Source of the DNA: Octopus vulgaris
Taxonomy: Eukaryota
Direction: 5' to 3'
Length of the DNA: 64,000 bases
Assembly: GCA_951406725.2 (NCBI GenBank)
Contig: OX597820.1
Span: 66,588,001 to 66,652,000, forward strand
Below, piece after piece: positions 49,929 through 63,660 of this stretch (position 1 is its first letter; every line of letters begins with the position of its first letter). A model generated the notes under the pieces. It made no database searches, had not been told where the DNA came from, and worked only from the letters and a program-made list of their open reading frames with translations. The position numbers and the translations under genes are program-made.

Positions 49929-50963
49929 ATCCGAAAATGTATAAAAATGTACAAAAATGGCCAAAAAGCTGGCAGCAATGTGAGTGACAACAACGAAAAA
50001 GTCAAAAGTGATCAAACTGAACAAACGAAAGGAAAAGTTTTTTGATGCACACGACAAAAGTGGTTTATAATAAACCAAGAGTTTGCAAGTAGCGTCCAAG
50101 GACCGTTAGGGTACGTAAAAAATTGAAGGTAAAACGTTTGGGGTGGTAGTTATAAAGAAAGTTTAAACAAAAAAAGTATTCGAATAACTTGCGGCTGCAG
50201 CAGCTATTAGCAGAAGTGGCGGTGTTGGGGGTAAAGTCTCGAACGTAATTTCTTCCTGGTAGGAATTGGTTGGATCGAATTATCGATAGCTAAAAAGGTC
50301 AAGTTGCGTCCCCTAGACAGTCTGGTTTGTGTTTAATACACAAATTTGTTTGCTATGTGTGCCACATATGATTAAATTAACCGATTTTTTCCAATAATGT
50401 ATCCTATTGGAATAAAAAGGGCTATATAGCTCCTTGGAGCAGACATGATGCTCGTTGTGAAAAAAAAAAAGATTCCTGCCAATTTGTGAAAGATATTGTC
50501 GAAAATATGTCATGTTGAATTTGAACGCGATTTCCCAAAATGGCATGATTTTATCGATTGTTTCTGATGGTAAGGTATTGCATGGAAAACTAACGTCAGA
50601 ATTGAGTTTCTTAGGGTAACATTAAGCTTCACCATGAGTTTGGTGAAAATCGATTGCAAGTTGTGAAAACTACCATAGATAATGCGTTGCATAAAAAAGC
50701 TTAGATTCTCGAGTTGCGTCCCCTAGACAGTCTGTGGTTCATGTTTATGATTGTCGACCCCATGTCGAATTTATCAATTTTTTTCAGAACTGGGGGAACT
50801 TTTCAAAATTTTCGCTGCGTTAGTTTTGAATTATGACATTGGGCTATGTGTGTGTCAAGTTTCATCAGAATCGGTTGAAAGCCGTGGTCAGGGTGAGGGT
50901 ACGAGAAAACAGACACACAGAAGCACGCACAGACAAACTGCCGTTTATATATAGAGAGATAAT

Positions 50964-51520
50964 CATCATCATCATCATCATCATTGTTTAACGTCTGCTT
51001 TGCATGCTGGCTGCACCAGGCTCAATCTGATCTGGCAAAGTTTCTACAGCTGGATGTCCTTCCTAACGCCAACCACTCCAAGAGTGTAGTGGGTGCTTTT
51101 ACGTGCTACCTGCACGAGGACCAGTCAGGCGGTTCCGGCAATGACCATTCTCAAAAGGTGTTTTTACATGCTACCTGCACGGGAGCCAGTCCAGCAGCAC
51201 TGGCAACGACCACACTCAAATGTTGTTTTTCATGTGCCACTGGCACATGTGCCGGTAAGGCAACGCCAGTAAGGTAACGCTGGTAAGGCAACGCTGGTAA
51301 GGCAACACCTGACTGGCCCTCGTGCCGGTGGCATGTAAAAGCACCCACTACACTCTCTGGAGTGGTTGGCACTAGGAAGGGCATCCAGCTGTAGAAACAC
51401 TGCCGGATCAGACTGAGCCTGGTGCAGCTTTCTGGCTCACCAGTCTTCAGTCAAACCGTCCAACCCATGCCAGCATGGAAAGCGGACGTTAAACAACGAC
51501 AACGATGATAATGATGATAT
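50964..51520. mobile_element. Head-to-head pair of RTE-tail repeats (family C)
   Basis: Left copy on minus with a (CAT)n tail at 50964; right copy on plus ending GGAAAGCGGACGTTAAAC plus (GAT)n; a 14-bp GCYGGTAAGGCAAC-like unit repeats four times at the junction. Confidence 0.75.
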
Positions 51521-51633
51521 ATATATATATATATACACTCACGTATGTGTATGTATCTTTGTCTGCATGTATATAAATGCATATGTATATATAAATGCAT
51601 ATGTATATATAAATGCATATGTATGTATGTATA

Positions 51634-51824
51634 AGAAACACTGCCGGATCAGACTGAGCCTGGTGCAGTTTTCTGGCTCACCAGTCTTCAGTCAAACCGT
51701 CCAACCCATGCCAGCATGGAAAGCGGACGTTAAACAACAACGACGATGATGATGATGATGATGATATATATACACTCACGTATGTATATGTATCTTTGTC
51801 TGCATGTATATAAATGCATATGTA
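51634..51824 (+). repeat. Local duplicate of 51393-~51585
   Basis: Near-identical from AGAAACACTGCCGGATCAG through the post-tail ACACTCACGTATGT.TATGTATCTTTGTCTGCATG. Confidence 0.85.
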
Positions 51825-52301
51825 GGTATAAGTACATGTGAACGAGGTGCATAAATACCTAATTGTAGTATTCAATCTGACAAATGGTAACACAAGGACT
51901 GTGGACCAACACAACACACACAATATAACACAGACGCACAAAGTCGATGGCTGTTTGTTTCTCTTCGTTATTTACCAATTCCAATTTTTATTTCCATTGT
52001 TGTTTTTGTTGTTGCTATTCTTGTACCCGAATGATTTATTTTTGTTAAATTACCGCAATTATTTCTATTTTCTTCTATTTATTCGTTTGTTTTATATATC
52101 TTCTTTCTTTCTGTTTGTTGCTTGTTTTCTGTCATTGTTTTATTTCATTTTCTCATTTTATTTTTATGTTGTTTCATTTTATTTATAAGTTTATTTCTTT
52201 CCTTGTTTAGTTTATAAGTGTCTATGTTCATTTTATATCTTTTATTTAATTGTTTATAAATATATACACATATATGTATATATATATATACACACACACA
52301 C

Positions 52302-52362
<61 letters not shown>

Positions 52363-53136
52363 CATATATACACACATATATACATACATATATACATACA
52401 CACTTACACACAAATATATAGATATATATACATATACATATAAGTGCATTCATGCATATATATATCATCATTTAACGTCCACATACATACACACACACAC
52501 ATATATATATCTACATACGTACATGCATATATACATACATACATCATCATCATCAACATTTAACATCCACATATATATCACACACATATATATCTACATA
52601 CATATATACAAGCATACATGCATATACACATACATACATACGTCATCATCATCATCATCATCATTGTTTAACGTCCGCCTTCCATGCTGGCATGGGTGGT
52701 GTGCATTTTGTGTTTGTTTTGCATTATTTATGTTTGTCTCTTCTTGTTTACTCCTACACGTGTTTTATTTATTTTATCTTTTAGGTTTCTTTTTTTTGTA
52801 TTTATTTTCTTTCTTTATACATTTTCTATTATTTATCTTTATTTCTTTTCATTTTATAATTGGGTTTTTTTTTTTTTTGCATTTTGTTTTTAGTTCATCA
52901 TTCATTTGTTCATTTTCTTTTTTTTTTGCCTCACCTTTTCGTTTAATTGTTAAGTAAAGGTGTTTTATGTATGATTTGTTGATCTGTGCTCTGCGTACCA
53001 CTCTTGTTGTTCTCCTTCTTGTTTTGCTCTTGTGTTTGCTGTTCATTTACATCCAACACGAGTACCACTACAGCAACGACCACCACCATCAACAACAGCA
53101 TTATTATTCTTATCCTTATTATTACCATCATTATCA

Positions 53137-53180
<44 letters not shown>

Positions 53181-53895
53181 GTTATTATTATTATTATAAA
53201 TGGTAGTAGTGTTTTGGGAGTTTAGTTGCAAAGTAATTTACATGTTGCATTTCACAACATGCAAATTACGATTGCAATTACAGGGAATAATGCACAGCGG
53301 CAGCAACGGCTGCAACAACAGCAGGCTTACATTAACCATTGCCACCACCGCCACCACAATCTCTACCACCACCACCACCACCACCAATACTGTCACCTTG
53401 ATTTGCACAAGAAACATTGTCACTGACATCATCATCATCATCATCATCATTCTCAATACCATTATCACTGTAACCAATATTGTTATCATCAACATCACAC
53501 CACTGCCACCACTGTTGCTATTAGCATCGTCTTCATCATTCACATCACCGATACCCCATCATCATCATCATCACCACCACCACCACTACTATATCCAAAA
53601 TCATTATTATCAACATCGCCGCCGGCACCATTTTCATCAGTACCAACACCAACACCACTGTCACCGCCACCATCATCACCAGCATTGCTATTATCAACAC
53701 CTTCACCACTACCACCAAAACCACCACCAACACCAACACCACCATTAGCACTACCACCACCACCACCACCATTGTCACTGTCCTTACTATCAATACTATT
53801 TACTACTATCATTACCATGGTAACAGTCTTTACTGCTACTATCACCACCACCACCACCACCAACTCTACAATCTCCTCTAATAACAATAATAAAG

Positions 53896-53943
<48 letters not shown>

Positions 53944-55042
53944 GTAATAATAACTGACACTATTGTTGTCACTGCTACCACAAACACCATTTTACTTCCC
54001 ATATTTGAAAAGAAATTTGGTCTGGTCACAGCTGGAACTAACCATTTATTATAGCTTCTAACTAAGCAACAGCACCAACGGCAACACCAACTACGACAAC
54101 AACAATAGCATGTCTTTGAGAGACACCAACGTTAATATTTAGTTAACTTGCTGACAGGGAAGAAACAACTTTCTTTTGTTTTCATTCATTAAGGTTTTGC
54201 TTTGTACTATTGGGGTCAGATGTTTCACTCGTTACATAATAATAAAACGAAACGATGTGAATGGATGTATAATATTAAATATACCGTACCATAACCAATA
54301 ACCAAACCGTTTCCACTGCTTCTGTTTCGTTGAGGAGGTTCGTTGAATAGGACTTGGCGCGAGACTCTGCGAGTTGGTCAGAATCATTGAAATTTCAGTA
54401 AATTAATAAGCTTGTGATTCTTCCGATGTTCTTCGCAGTGAAAAGTTTTAAATTCGACCATTGACAGGTATTTGGAACGTGGGGAAGCAATGGAGGTGGA
54501 AGTGGTGGTGGTGGTGGCGGCAGTGGAGGTTGTGGTTGTGGTGGTGGTGGTAGTAGAGGGGGTTCTCGGTGCGCTTTTATGCTGCTGCAAAATAGCTTTT
54601 ATGCTGCTGCAAAATAGCTGCGACATAAAAGTCGAAAGTAAGTGGTATCATCATCATCATCATCATTGTTATTGCTGTTTGTTCTCCTCCTCCTCCTCCT
54701 CGACGTCATCATGAACATCGTTATGATTCCCCTCGTCAGCATTTTCATCATTATATTCATCATCATCATCATCGTCACCATCATCATCGTTGTTGTAATA
54801 CTTCCCTCGTCCTTCTCATCTTCCTCCTCCTCATTATCATCATCATCATTATCATCATCATCATCCTTTTTCTTTCTCCAACTCATCTTTCTCACCCTCC
54901 TCATCTTCCTCCTCCTCATTATCATCCTCATCATCCTTTTTCTTTCTCCAACTCCTCTTTTTCACCCTCCTCATCTTCTCGTCTTCGTCCTCATCATCAT
55001 CGCCTTCATCATCATTAAGACCACGTTGATCGTGGTCATCAT

Positions 55043-55098
<56 letters not shown>

Positions 55099-55223
55099 CT
55101 ATTATTGTCATTGTTAACTAACTGTTGTTCAATAATAACCTTGTTCGATAATGGTGAGTTTCAGAAAATGTGTGTAGTTATGGCTGGCAATGGTGGTGAT
55201 GGTGAAGTATACGGGTGGCCAAC

Positions 55224-55260
<37 letters not shown>

Positions 55261-55624
55261 TAAGCTGTACACCCAAGTATTACCATTGTCTTTCACCACC
55301 ACTACCACTACACCACCACCATCACCACTTCCCTTCTTCGCTATCATTCCTTCACTGCCCTTTGCTCGCTTGTTGCTGGAACTGGCACGAGATGAGAATT
55401 GGCTTGTCTTTATTGATGTAATCTCCAAGAGTTCCCCACTAAGCCAGAAGAATGCTATTCTCTGGAACAGACAGATCTGTGAAAGTCTGTTATTATTTAT
55501 GATTAACTCTCTGAGAATGGTTTTGCACAATATCATTCCTTTACTTCACTCTCTTTCTCCAAAAATCTTCCTGTTTTTTGTTTTTCCATTCTTTTCTCTA
55601 GTTTTAATAATAATAATAATAATG

Positions 55625-55680
<56 letters not shown>

Positions 55681-55709
55681 GAAGATGATGTTAATAATAA
55701 CAGTGGTAA

Positions 55710-55904
55710 TTCTTTCTAATTTTGGCACAACACCAGTAATTTTGAGTTGTGGGCAGTTAATCGATTACATTAATGGTTCCAATACTCAACTGGTACTTTA
55801 TTTTTATGAGCCCTGGAAGGACAAAAGGCAAATTCATTCTTGGTAGGATTTGAACCCTGAATGTAATGGGGGATAACAAATACTACTGCAAAGTATTTTT
55901 TCAG

Positions 55905-55948
<44 letters not shown>

Positions 55949-56160
55949 TCTTTCTGCTGGAAGCACAAGGCCTCAGATTTGGGGGAAAGGATTAAGTCAA
56001 TTCCATCAACCCCAGGGCATAACTGGGACTTATTTAATTGACTCCAAATGGATGAAAGGCAAAGTCAACCTTGGCTGAGTTTGAACTCAGAACATAGCAG
56101 CAGACGAAATACCATTAAGCATTCCATCCAGTGTGCTAACGATTCTGCCAGCTCGCCACC
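55710..56160 (-). mobile_element. Two tandem SINE family A copies
   Basis: GGATGAAAGGCAAAGTCAACC...GATTCTGCCAGCTCGCC; the left copy is more diverged. Confidence 0.75.
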
Positions 56161-56299
56161 TTATAATTAATAAATATTTTGTTTCACTCAAACTATCCGT
56201 TATTTTCATTGAATAGACAATAACCAATGGTTATTTTTTAAAGCCTTCAGCTCTTCCAACAATGTATGATGATGATGATGATGATAATTTCATTTATTT

Positions 56300-56635
56300 G
56301 CCATCAGGAATAACGATTTGAGGTGGAAAATGTGCATGTTGTTGACAATAAAGAGGGTGGATGTGATACCAGTAATAATTGGTGCACTTGGAAGTATTAG
56401 CACTCAACTACCGACATGGCTGAAAAAGATTGGTGCATTCATAAAGATAGATCGTCTAAAAAAAATCATCATTGCTTGGAACTGCAAGAGTTCTCCGCAG
56501 GGTTCTTGAAGCATGATCAGTAAACAAGTCCCACCTTAATCTGCCCTTATCGGACAGGTAGTCATGATGGGTATACTGGGCTTCATATATTTGTACCCCA
56601 GTGTCACTTTTATGGCATGCGCTGCTCTCTCACTC
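56300..56635 (+). mobile_element. Second Dong/R4-like RLE retrotransposon 3' fragment
   Basis: VDVIPVIIGALGS, then after a frameshift in an A-run KSSLLGTARVLRRVLEA*. Ends GCTGCTCTCTCACTC plus (AAT)n. Confidence 0.7.
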
Positions 56636-56837
56636 AATAATAATAATAATATTAATAATGGTTTTCTGATTTAAGTATGAAGCCAGTGATTTTGAGGGGA
56701 AGAGAATTGGTCAGTTACATCAACACCAGTATTTAACTGGTGGCACTTCATTTTATTGACTTTGGAGATACAAAATGCAAAGTGGCCTCAGCAGGATTTT
56801 AATTCAGAAAGTAGGTAGAAGTATGGGAACAAATTCC

Positions 56838-56999
56838 GTAGGAGTGGCTGTGTGGTAAGTAGCTTGCTTACGAACCACATGGTTCTGGGTTCAGTCCCAC
56901 TGTGTGGCACCTTGTGCAAGTGTCTTCTACTATAGTCTTGGGCCAACCGAAGCCATGTGAGTGGATTTGGTAGGCGGAAACTGAAAGAAACCTGTCATA

Positions 57000-57062
<63 letters not shown>

Positions 57063-57275
57063 ATATGTTTGTGTGTCTGTGTTTGTCCCCCCAACATCGC
57101 TCGACAACCGATGCTGTTGTGTTTCTGTCCCTGTAACTAAGCAGTTCGGCAAAAGAGACCGATAGAATAAGTACTAGGTTTACAAAAACTAAAGTACTGG
57201 AGTCGATTTGCTCGACTAAAGGCGGTGCTCCAGCATGGCCACAGTCAAATGACTGAAACAAGTAAAAGAGTAAGA
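56838..57275 (+). mobile_element. Full-length SINE family B copy (tRNA-derived head, internal microsatellite, AAGAGT-type tail)
   Basis: Pol III A/B-box-like head, (TA)n(TG)n core, 3' GGTGCTCCAGCATGGCCACAGTCAAATGACTGAAACAAGTAAAAGAGT. Confidence 0.85.
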
Positions 57276-60200
57276 CAAGTTTTTTTTTTTTTTCCATTCC
57301 TCTAACAATTCTGCTTGCTTACAGGCAAAGGAAGAGAAAACATTTCATAAATGAATTGCCAATGAGCAAAGGAAGCTGGAATATGGTTGATTGCCTAATC
57401 TGTGAGAAATGGTAGCCAGCTCAATAGATTATCTCTGAAATCTTGCCTTTAAGTGTCTTGGAAAATAAAAGATGAAAAAACAAAAAAAAAAAAAAAAACA
57501 AAAAAAGAAAAAGGGAACTGGAGAATTATGCATTGAGCAGTGTGATTCTATATTCTACATATGAACCGTTTCTCAAAGGTAGCGGCAAACTGATTATGGC
57601 TGGAACACTGTGAATGGTAACGAAATGGCAACAGCGAGACCAGCAGGAGAGAAACTTATAAATGAAATAGAAAAATATATACAACGTGTATGTTGCAATG
57701 AGGTTAGGCATCCACCTAGGGTCAATCAGGTGGAGGAGGAAGTGGTGGTGGTGGTGGTGGTGGTGGTGAAGGTGGTGGTGGTGGTAGGTGGAGATGGTAG
57801 ATAAAAATAAGGCCTTTTTGTAATATTTTAGTTCTAAGATCCCTTCATGTTCAGAGTTCAAATCCCACTGGCATCAAGCTTGCATTTCCTCCTGCCGGAC
57901 ATGAATAAAGTAAATACTCTGGGTCAGAGAAGGGGATGGCTAAAGGGTCTGGATATATTTGTACCACACACATGTACACACACACACACATACACACGTG
58001 CACGCACACACACACACAGTCTTTCTATCTATCCCTCTATCTCTCTCAATCTTTGTAGTCTTGTATATTTGTTAAAAAATATCCTTATCATTTTCATCAT
58101 CCCCAGCTTCATCAACACCACCACTGCCTTCATCATCATCATCATCATCATCATCACCACCACCATCATCTTAACTGTTGTCATCATCATCATTAGCAGC
58201 AGCACCTCCAGTAACATCACCACCACTACCACCAATTTCATCATCATATCATCTATCATCAATCATCTTCCATCATCAATCAATCAATCATCATCATTAT
58301 CATCATCTCTATCATCATCACTATCATCACAACCATCACTACCATCATCAGCATCATCATCATCTTCACCATTATCATCACCACTATCATCACCATCATC
58401 ATCTCCATCATCTTCATCATCTTCATCATCTTCATCATCTTCATCATTATCATCATCACCTTCACCATTATCATCGTCACCATCATCATCATCTTTTTTT
58501 GCCTTCACCTTCATTATCATCATCCCTATCATCTCCATCACCATGACTATCATAATAACCATCATTATTGTCATCACCGTCACCACCACCACCACCACCA
58601 CCACCACCACCACCATCATATAACAATTTATGTTATTTACCATATATTTGTATCATTTGATGTGTTAGGTATTTACTTTGGCGCTAGCAACTTGTCAGTT
58701 TTGGCACAAGGAAGCATCCATATAAATAAATACTTCTATCCCGGGATGGATGAGAGCAGAGATGAAGCTGAGAAGGGCAGAAGAGGGAGTTTATTTAGCC
58801 TGATGCCCATCCTGCCATTAATTTCTTTGTTTTTTTTTTGTTTTGTTGCTCATATTTTGCTTTTGATGCTCGTTAAGGAGCTTACCGTATTGTCAGCACT
58901 GCATACATACATGCACACACACACACACACACACTCACATGTAATCCCATGCTTAACTATACACACACACACATATACATACACACACACACACACACAT
59001 ACTCGTACAGATATACATAGACATATATTTATAAACTTTTGTATATATGTTTATTTATATATATATAAATATGCATACACACCACACACACATGTACACA
59101 CCACACATATACACACTTATATTGACATACGTATATAAACATTTAATATATATATACATACACACACACAAAAACAGGGAGATAGAGATAAATAGATAGA
59201 TAGATAGATACATACATACATCTAGACATGTGTATGTATATATATATATATCTGTGTGTGTGTGTGTGTATATATAAAACACCCGCACGTATGTGTGCCT
59301 GTCCGACTTCCTCCTTGCCTGTGTTTCTCTGCTAGAATGCAGCTGATGATGACGATGATGATGATGATTATGATGATGATGATTATGATGATGATGAGAT
59401 AATGATAATCTTGCCTATCGTGATGATGATGCTTATGATTATGATGATGATGATGATGATAATCATGGCTATGGTGATGATGATGCTTACGATGAATGAA
59501 TGTGCAATAGGTGGAGGGTTGTCGACCCCAAGGTGAAGGTCACTAACGTCAACTATATTTTGATTAAAATTGACTCCCTAGTAAACTGATCATTTGGCTT
59601 AAATATTGACTCCCCCGTGTGGCGTGGGGGGGGGGGAACAGCACGAGTAGAAGAAGGAAACGGAGAAAGCGGGAGGTATAGGGGGTGGATGGATGGATGG
59701 GAGGGAGGTGGCATTTTCTCTTTCATAATAAGCTCAAACATTGTTGTTGCTGTTATTGTCGGAGTCGGAGTCGTCGTTGATGTTTGATTGGAAGTTTTAA
59801 AATTTACATTACTGTTTTGCGGTTGTAATAAAATTAATCATAATGTTACTCCCAGCCTTGTATCCCCCCACTGCACCCCCCCACCGTCACTGGCACCTAC
59901 TCACCCGTCCACCCACTTGGAGCCTATCACTTTTACTCTTATCTTCCTTTCTCGCTCCGCCTCCCTCCTTCTCTCTCTCTCTCTCTCACTCATTCTCCTA
60001 CATTCTTTAATCCTTCTGCCCCGCCTCCCACCACCTCGGGATTTCCATTATTAATTCCTCTCTTTCCCTGCATTATTTCCTCTTCTTATCCGTGCTTATC
60101 TCATATATATACTCACACACACATACACAAACTCATATTTGCATATACACATATATACATACTTGCATGTTATACACACACACACATATGTACGCATACA

Positions 60201-61149
60201 CACACACACACACAGACTCACATATATACATATATGTATACATATATACCAACATAATTCACACACACATACACATATATATGTACATAATTATATATAC
60301 ATATACATATATACAAACATGTACGCATATATATACATATATATTCACACACATACACACACATATATATATACATATACACACTCGTATGCATATATAT
60401 CTGTATGTTGTAGGCTTGATTTAACTTAAGATTTTGGACATGGGCCAATCTGTGTATTTGCTCTTCACAATGCATATCTCAGCGTGCAGCTCTAGGTGCT
60501 GGTTGCATGGCTTGCATCAAGTTGCAGAGCCCTCTGGCACTGAAAGTCATATACTATACACAACCCGCTTGCCCGCCCGCCCAGATCCACTCCCACCCAA
60601 AAACACGCATACACTTGCATGTACATACATAACTCACACAGTTTATTCAAACGCATACATGCATAGACTCATGCACACACACAGAATCTCAAAGCTATAT
60701 AAATTGTAATGGTTTATTATGAATGGTGAATCATGTCAGTAATATTAATCATATTCAGCATAGTGGTCTGTGCACTGAGATGTTGATTTGGAGTTTGGGT
60801 TTCAATTCCGTGCTGTTCTTGTATTTTCTCATAAGATAAAACTTAGCAACTTATTCAAAACTTTGAAGTTTTTGTGACACACTAAATTAAAGCAACAGCA
60901 ATAACAGACCAATGACAAATTCTTTGTTTTGTCTATAGTTATTCAGCAAGCACACCCCTAATTTTTTTTTTTTTTTTTGTTTCCTGTGGGTAGGAGGCAC
61001 TAGCATAGCTAGGGGCTGTGGTAAGAGCAGTCTGCCCCAAACAGCACTTTTAAGGGGGCACCACTATAGGGTCTGCTGTAGGCTATATGTGTTTTTTGTG
61101 GAGTCCAGGGGCAGCAAACAGAAGGGCCCGTGGTGGGAGGCAATGCAGA

Positions 61150-61445
61150 TGCACGTGGCTTAATGGTTAGGGTGCTGGACTCATGAGCGTAAGATTGTGG
61201 TTTCAATTCTTGATGTGGGCAATGAGTTTGTGTTCTTGAGCAAAACACTTCATTTCCTGTTGTTCCAATCAACTCAACTGTAGAAATGAGTACCACAAGT
61301 GGAACTGCATCACTTGGTGCTTAGAGTGTTCGATTCACAGCTGTAAAGTTGTGGTTTCAATCCCTGGACCAGGCAGCACATTGTGCTCCTGAGCAAAACA
61401 CTTCATTTCATGTTGTTCCAATCAAGTCGGTTGTAGAAATGAGTT
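61150..61445 (+). mobile_element. Two tandem SINE family D heads
   Basis: TTGTGGTTTCAAT...TGAGCAAAACACTTCATTTC.TGTTGTTCCAATCAA...TGTAGAAATGAGT occurs twice. Confidence 0.65.
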
Positions 61446-63304
61446 TAGACTGAAGAAGGATGGGCTCTGCCAAGCTTTCTCACCTTGGATATGCTGCATG
61501 ATTGCAGTGCACCAAGAACCCCGAAGGGGTTAAGGGACTTGTCATTGACCACCCTCCATGAAAACTGGGGTCAAACTTTTACATCTAAAATCCTCCAAGG
61601 TTGTGCCCCTGCATGGCCACAGTCCAATGAATGAAACAAGTAAATAGATAAAAAAAATAAAAAAGGAAAAGATACAAAGTTTCTAAGACTATGTTATACA
61701 ATGTGTAATGCCTTCTATTTTTTTCTCAGGAAATTTGACTTCATTTCTAGCAATTTGCATGACCACATAGGGGACAAACTAGTGACATCCACTACGTGGT
61801 CATTCGATTTGCTAGAAATAGCAACCGAAGCTCCCTCAAATTACACCCTACCACATGACAGGGTGTAATTTGAAAGAGCTTTGATAAGGTAATCCTGAGA
61901 TGCCTTGTAAATAGGATTTCTCTTCTGAGATAGTCAAGGCTGGAATATCTTTCGGTTATAGATCTCTGCTCAATGAGAAATGACCCGGAGTTAAAAACAA
62001 TAACAACAAAAACAATAATAATAACAATAATGGCTTGGAGGTTCAAGCCATTATTAGTCAATATGATAATGTGTAGCAGAAGATTTTACTTCTCAAACAC
62101 ATTATGGCTTTTCTGCCAATTATACTTGGTGGCGGCGGTGACGATGGTGATGATGATGATGATGATGATAAACCATTCCTGTAGCCAAATATGGAAAATT
62201 TACAATTTGTCATAACTTGTATAATTTCTTATGATCATTATCTCTACCGTTTCCAGTCTTGCAAAAATAAATAATTTTTCCTTATCTTATTCTATCGCAT
62301 CTTAATAAGCCATTTTCTATAACTAATGGCCCGGTCGACCATCGGAAAGAAAAAAAAAGAAAAAGAAAAAGTAAAAAATAAAGGTTAACCGACCTTCATA
62401 TAAGCAATTTATCTCTACTCTATATAATCAATAACTGTAACTAATAAACAGAGTTGAAATCTATTATAAAACAAAGGAACTTATGATTAAAATAATACCA
62501 TCCATACATATGTACGTACATATATATGTACATATATATACAACGCAAACACCTATATATACACATATAAATATATATATATATATACATACACATATAT
62601 TTATATGTGTGTATATATATATATATACGCTTGCAGAAATACATATGTACACATCATGGAATACCAGGTCTCATACATACACATCAACATATTTCTCTCT
62701 CTTTCTCTCTTTTACTAACTCTCATTTTCTCTCTCATTCATGCACAAACACACACCTCTCTTGTCTGTCGGCTGCCCTCGCTCACTCCGACTCCATTCCA
62801 TTATTTCCTTTCAGTTGTCTGCAAGCTAAGAGCAGAAACAAACTTTATAACAAAGTTTTCATAGAAATTCCTATTATTTCATTTTCCATTATTAATTATT
62901 GGAAGAAAGTTGTTGGTGATAGATTAATCCCAGAATTAGTCTACAACGGCGGGCACATTGCCTTGCAGAGTATTTCAGTTTACATTCCTTATACATGCCG
63001 AATTCTTACCCCTCTCCTTCTAATGAGTGATATCACTCAAGTACTTTGTGTCAATCAATTTAATCAAATTTCCCCTGAGCATATAAACTCCATTTCTTGA
63101 AATTATCTCACCATTTCCTTCAAGAGTTACTGCAGTAAGTTTGCTTCTTGGGTTAGGCTGCATGTTAATATACTCACCTAAGTTCACCATTTTTTGTGTG
63201 CTTGGTGTATTTACCTAAGCTGGATGGTCCTCAACCATTTTTGTCCCATGGACTGGGAGATCACGCACATAACAAGACAATATAACATATTCTTTTACTT
63301 AGTT

Positions 63305-63660
63305 CACGGACCACTGCCTTTAAGGGTTTCAGTTGAATGAATCAATCCCAGGACTTATTTCTTAAGCCTAGTAATTATTCTATTGGTCTCTTTGGCCGAA
63401 CTGCTAAGTTACAGGGACGTAAATACACCAACATTGGTTGTTAAGCAGTGATGGCAGGGACAAACACAGACACATAGTTACACACACACACACACACATA
63501 CACACGACAGGCTTCTTTCAGTTTCCATCTACCAAATCCGCTCACAAGGCTTTTGGTTCGCCCAAGGCTATAGGAGAAGACATTTGCCCAAGGTGCCATG
63601 CAGTGGGACTGAACCTGGAACCATGTGGTTGAGAAGCAAGCTGCTTACCACACCTACACC
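63305..63660 (-). mobile_element. SINE family B copy
   Basis: CCGAACTGCTAAGTTACAGGGACGTAAA...GGAACCATGTGGTTG. Confidence 0.8.

Larger units (their letters stand above)
44814..50959 (-). mobile_element. Helitron (rolling-circle transposon), full-length autonomous-type copy with inactivated RepHel
   Basis: Minus-strand 5' end A^TCTCTCTATATATAAACGG at 50959. 3' end ...CATACCCGGGCAACGCCGGGCTATGCTGCTAG^T at 44814 (GC hairpin then CTAG). No TSD; inserted between A and T. Internal Rep and Pif1 helicase coding sequence. Confidence 0.95.

Noticed and set aside
49809-50099. 97-aa N-terminal extension of the Helitron ORF in the track
   Set aside because: Starts at a non-ATG codon and runs through the 61-bp duplication; MPPKKRR at 49808 is the more plausible start.
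63220-63312. hAT-like terminal sequence GGTCCTCAACCATTTTT
   Set aside because: Too short and degenerate; no matching second TIR or 8-bp TSD found.
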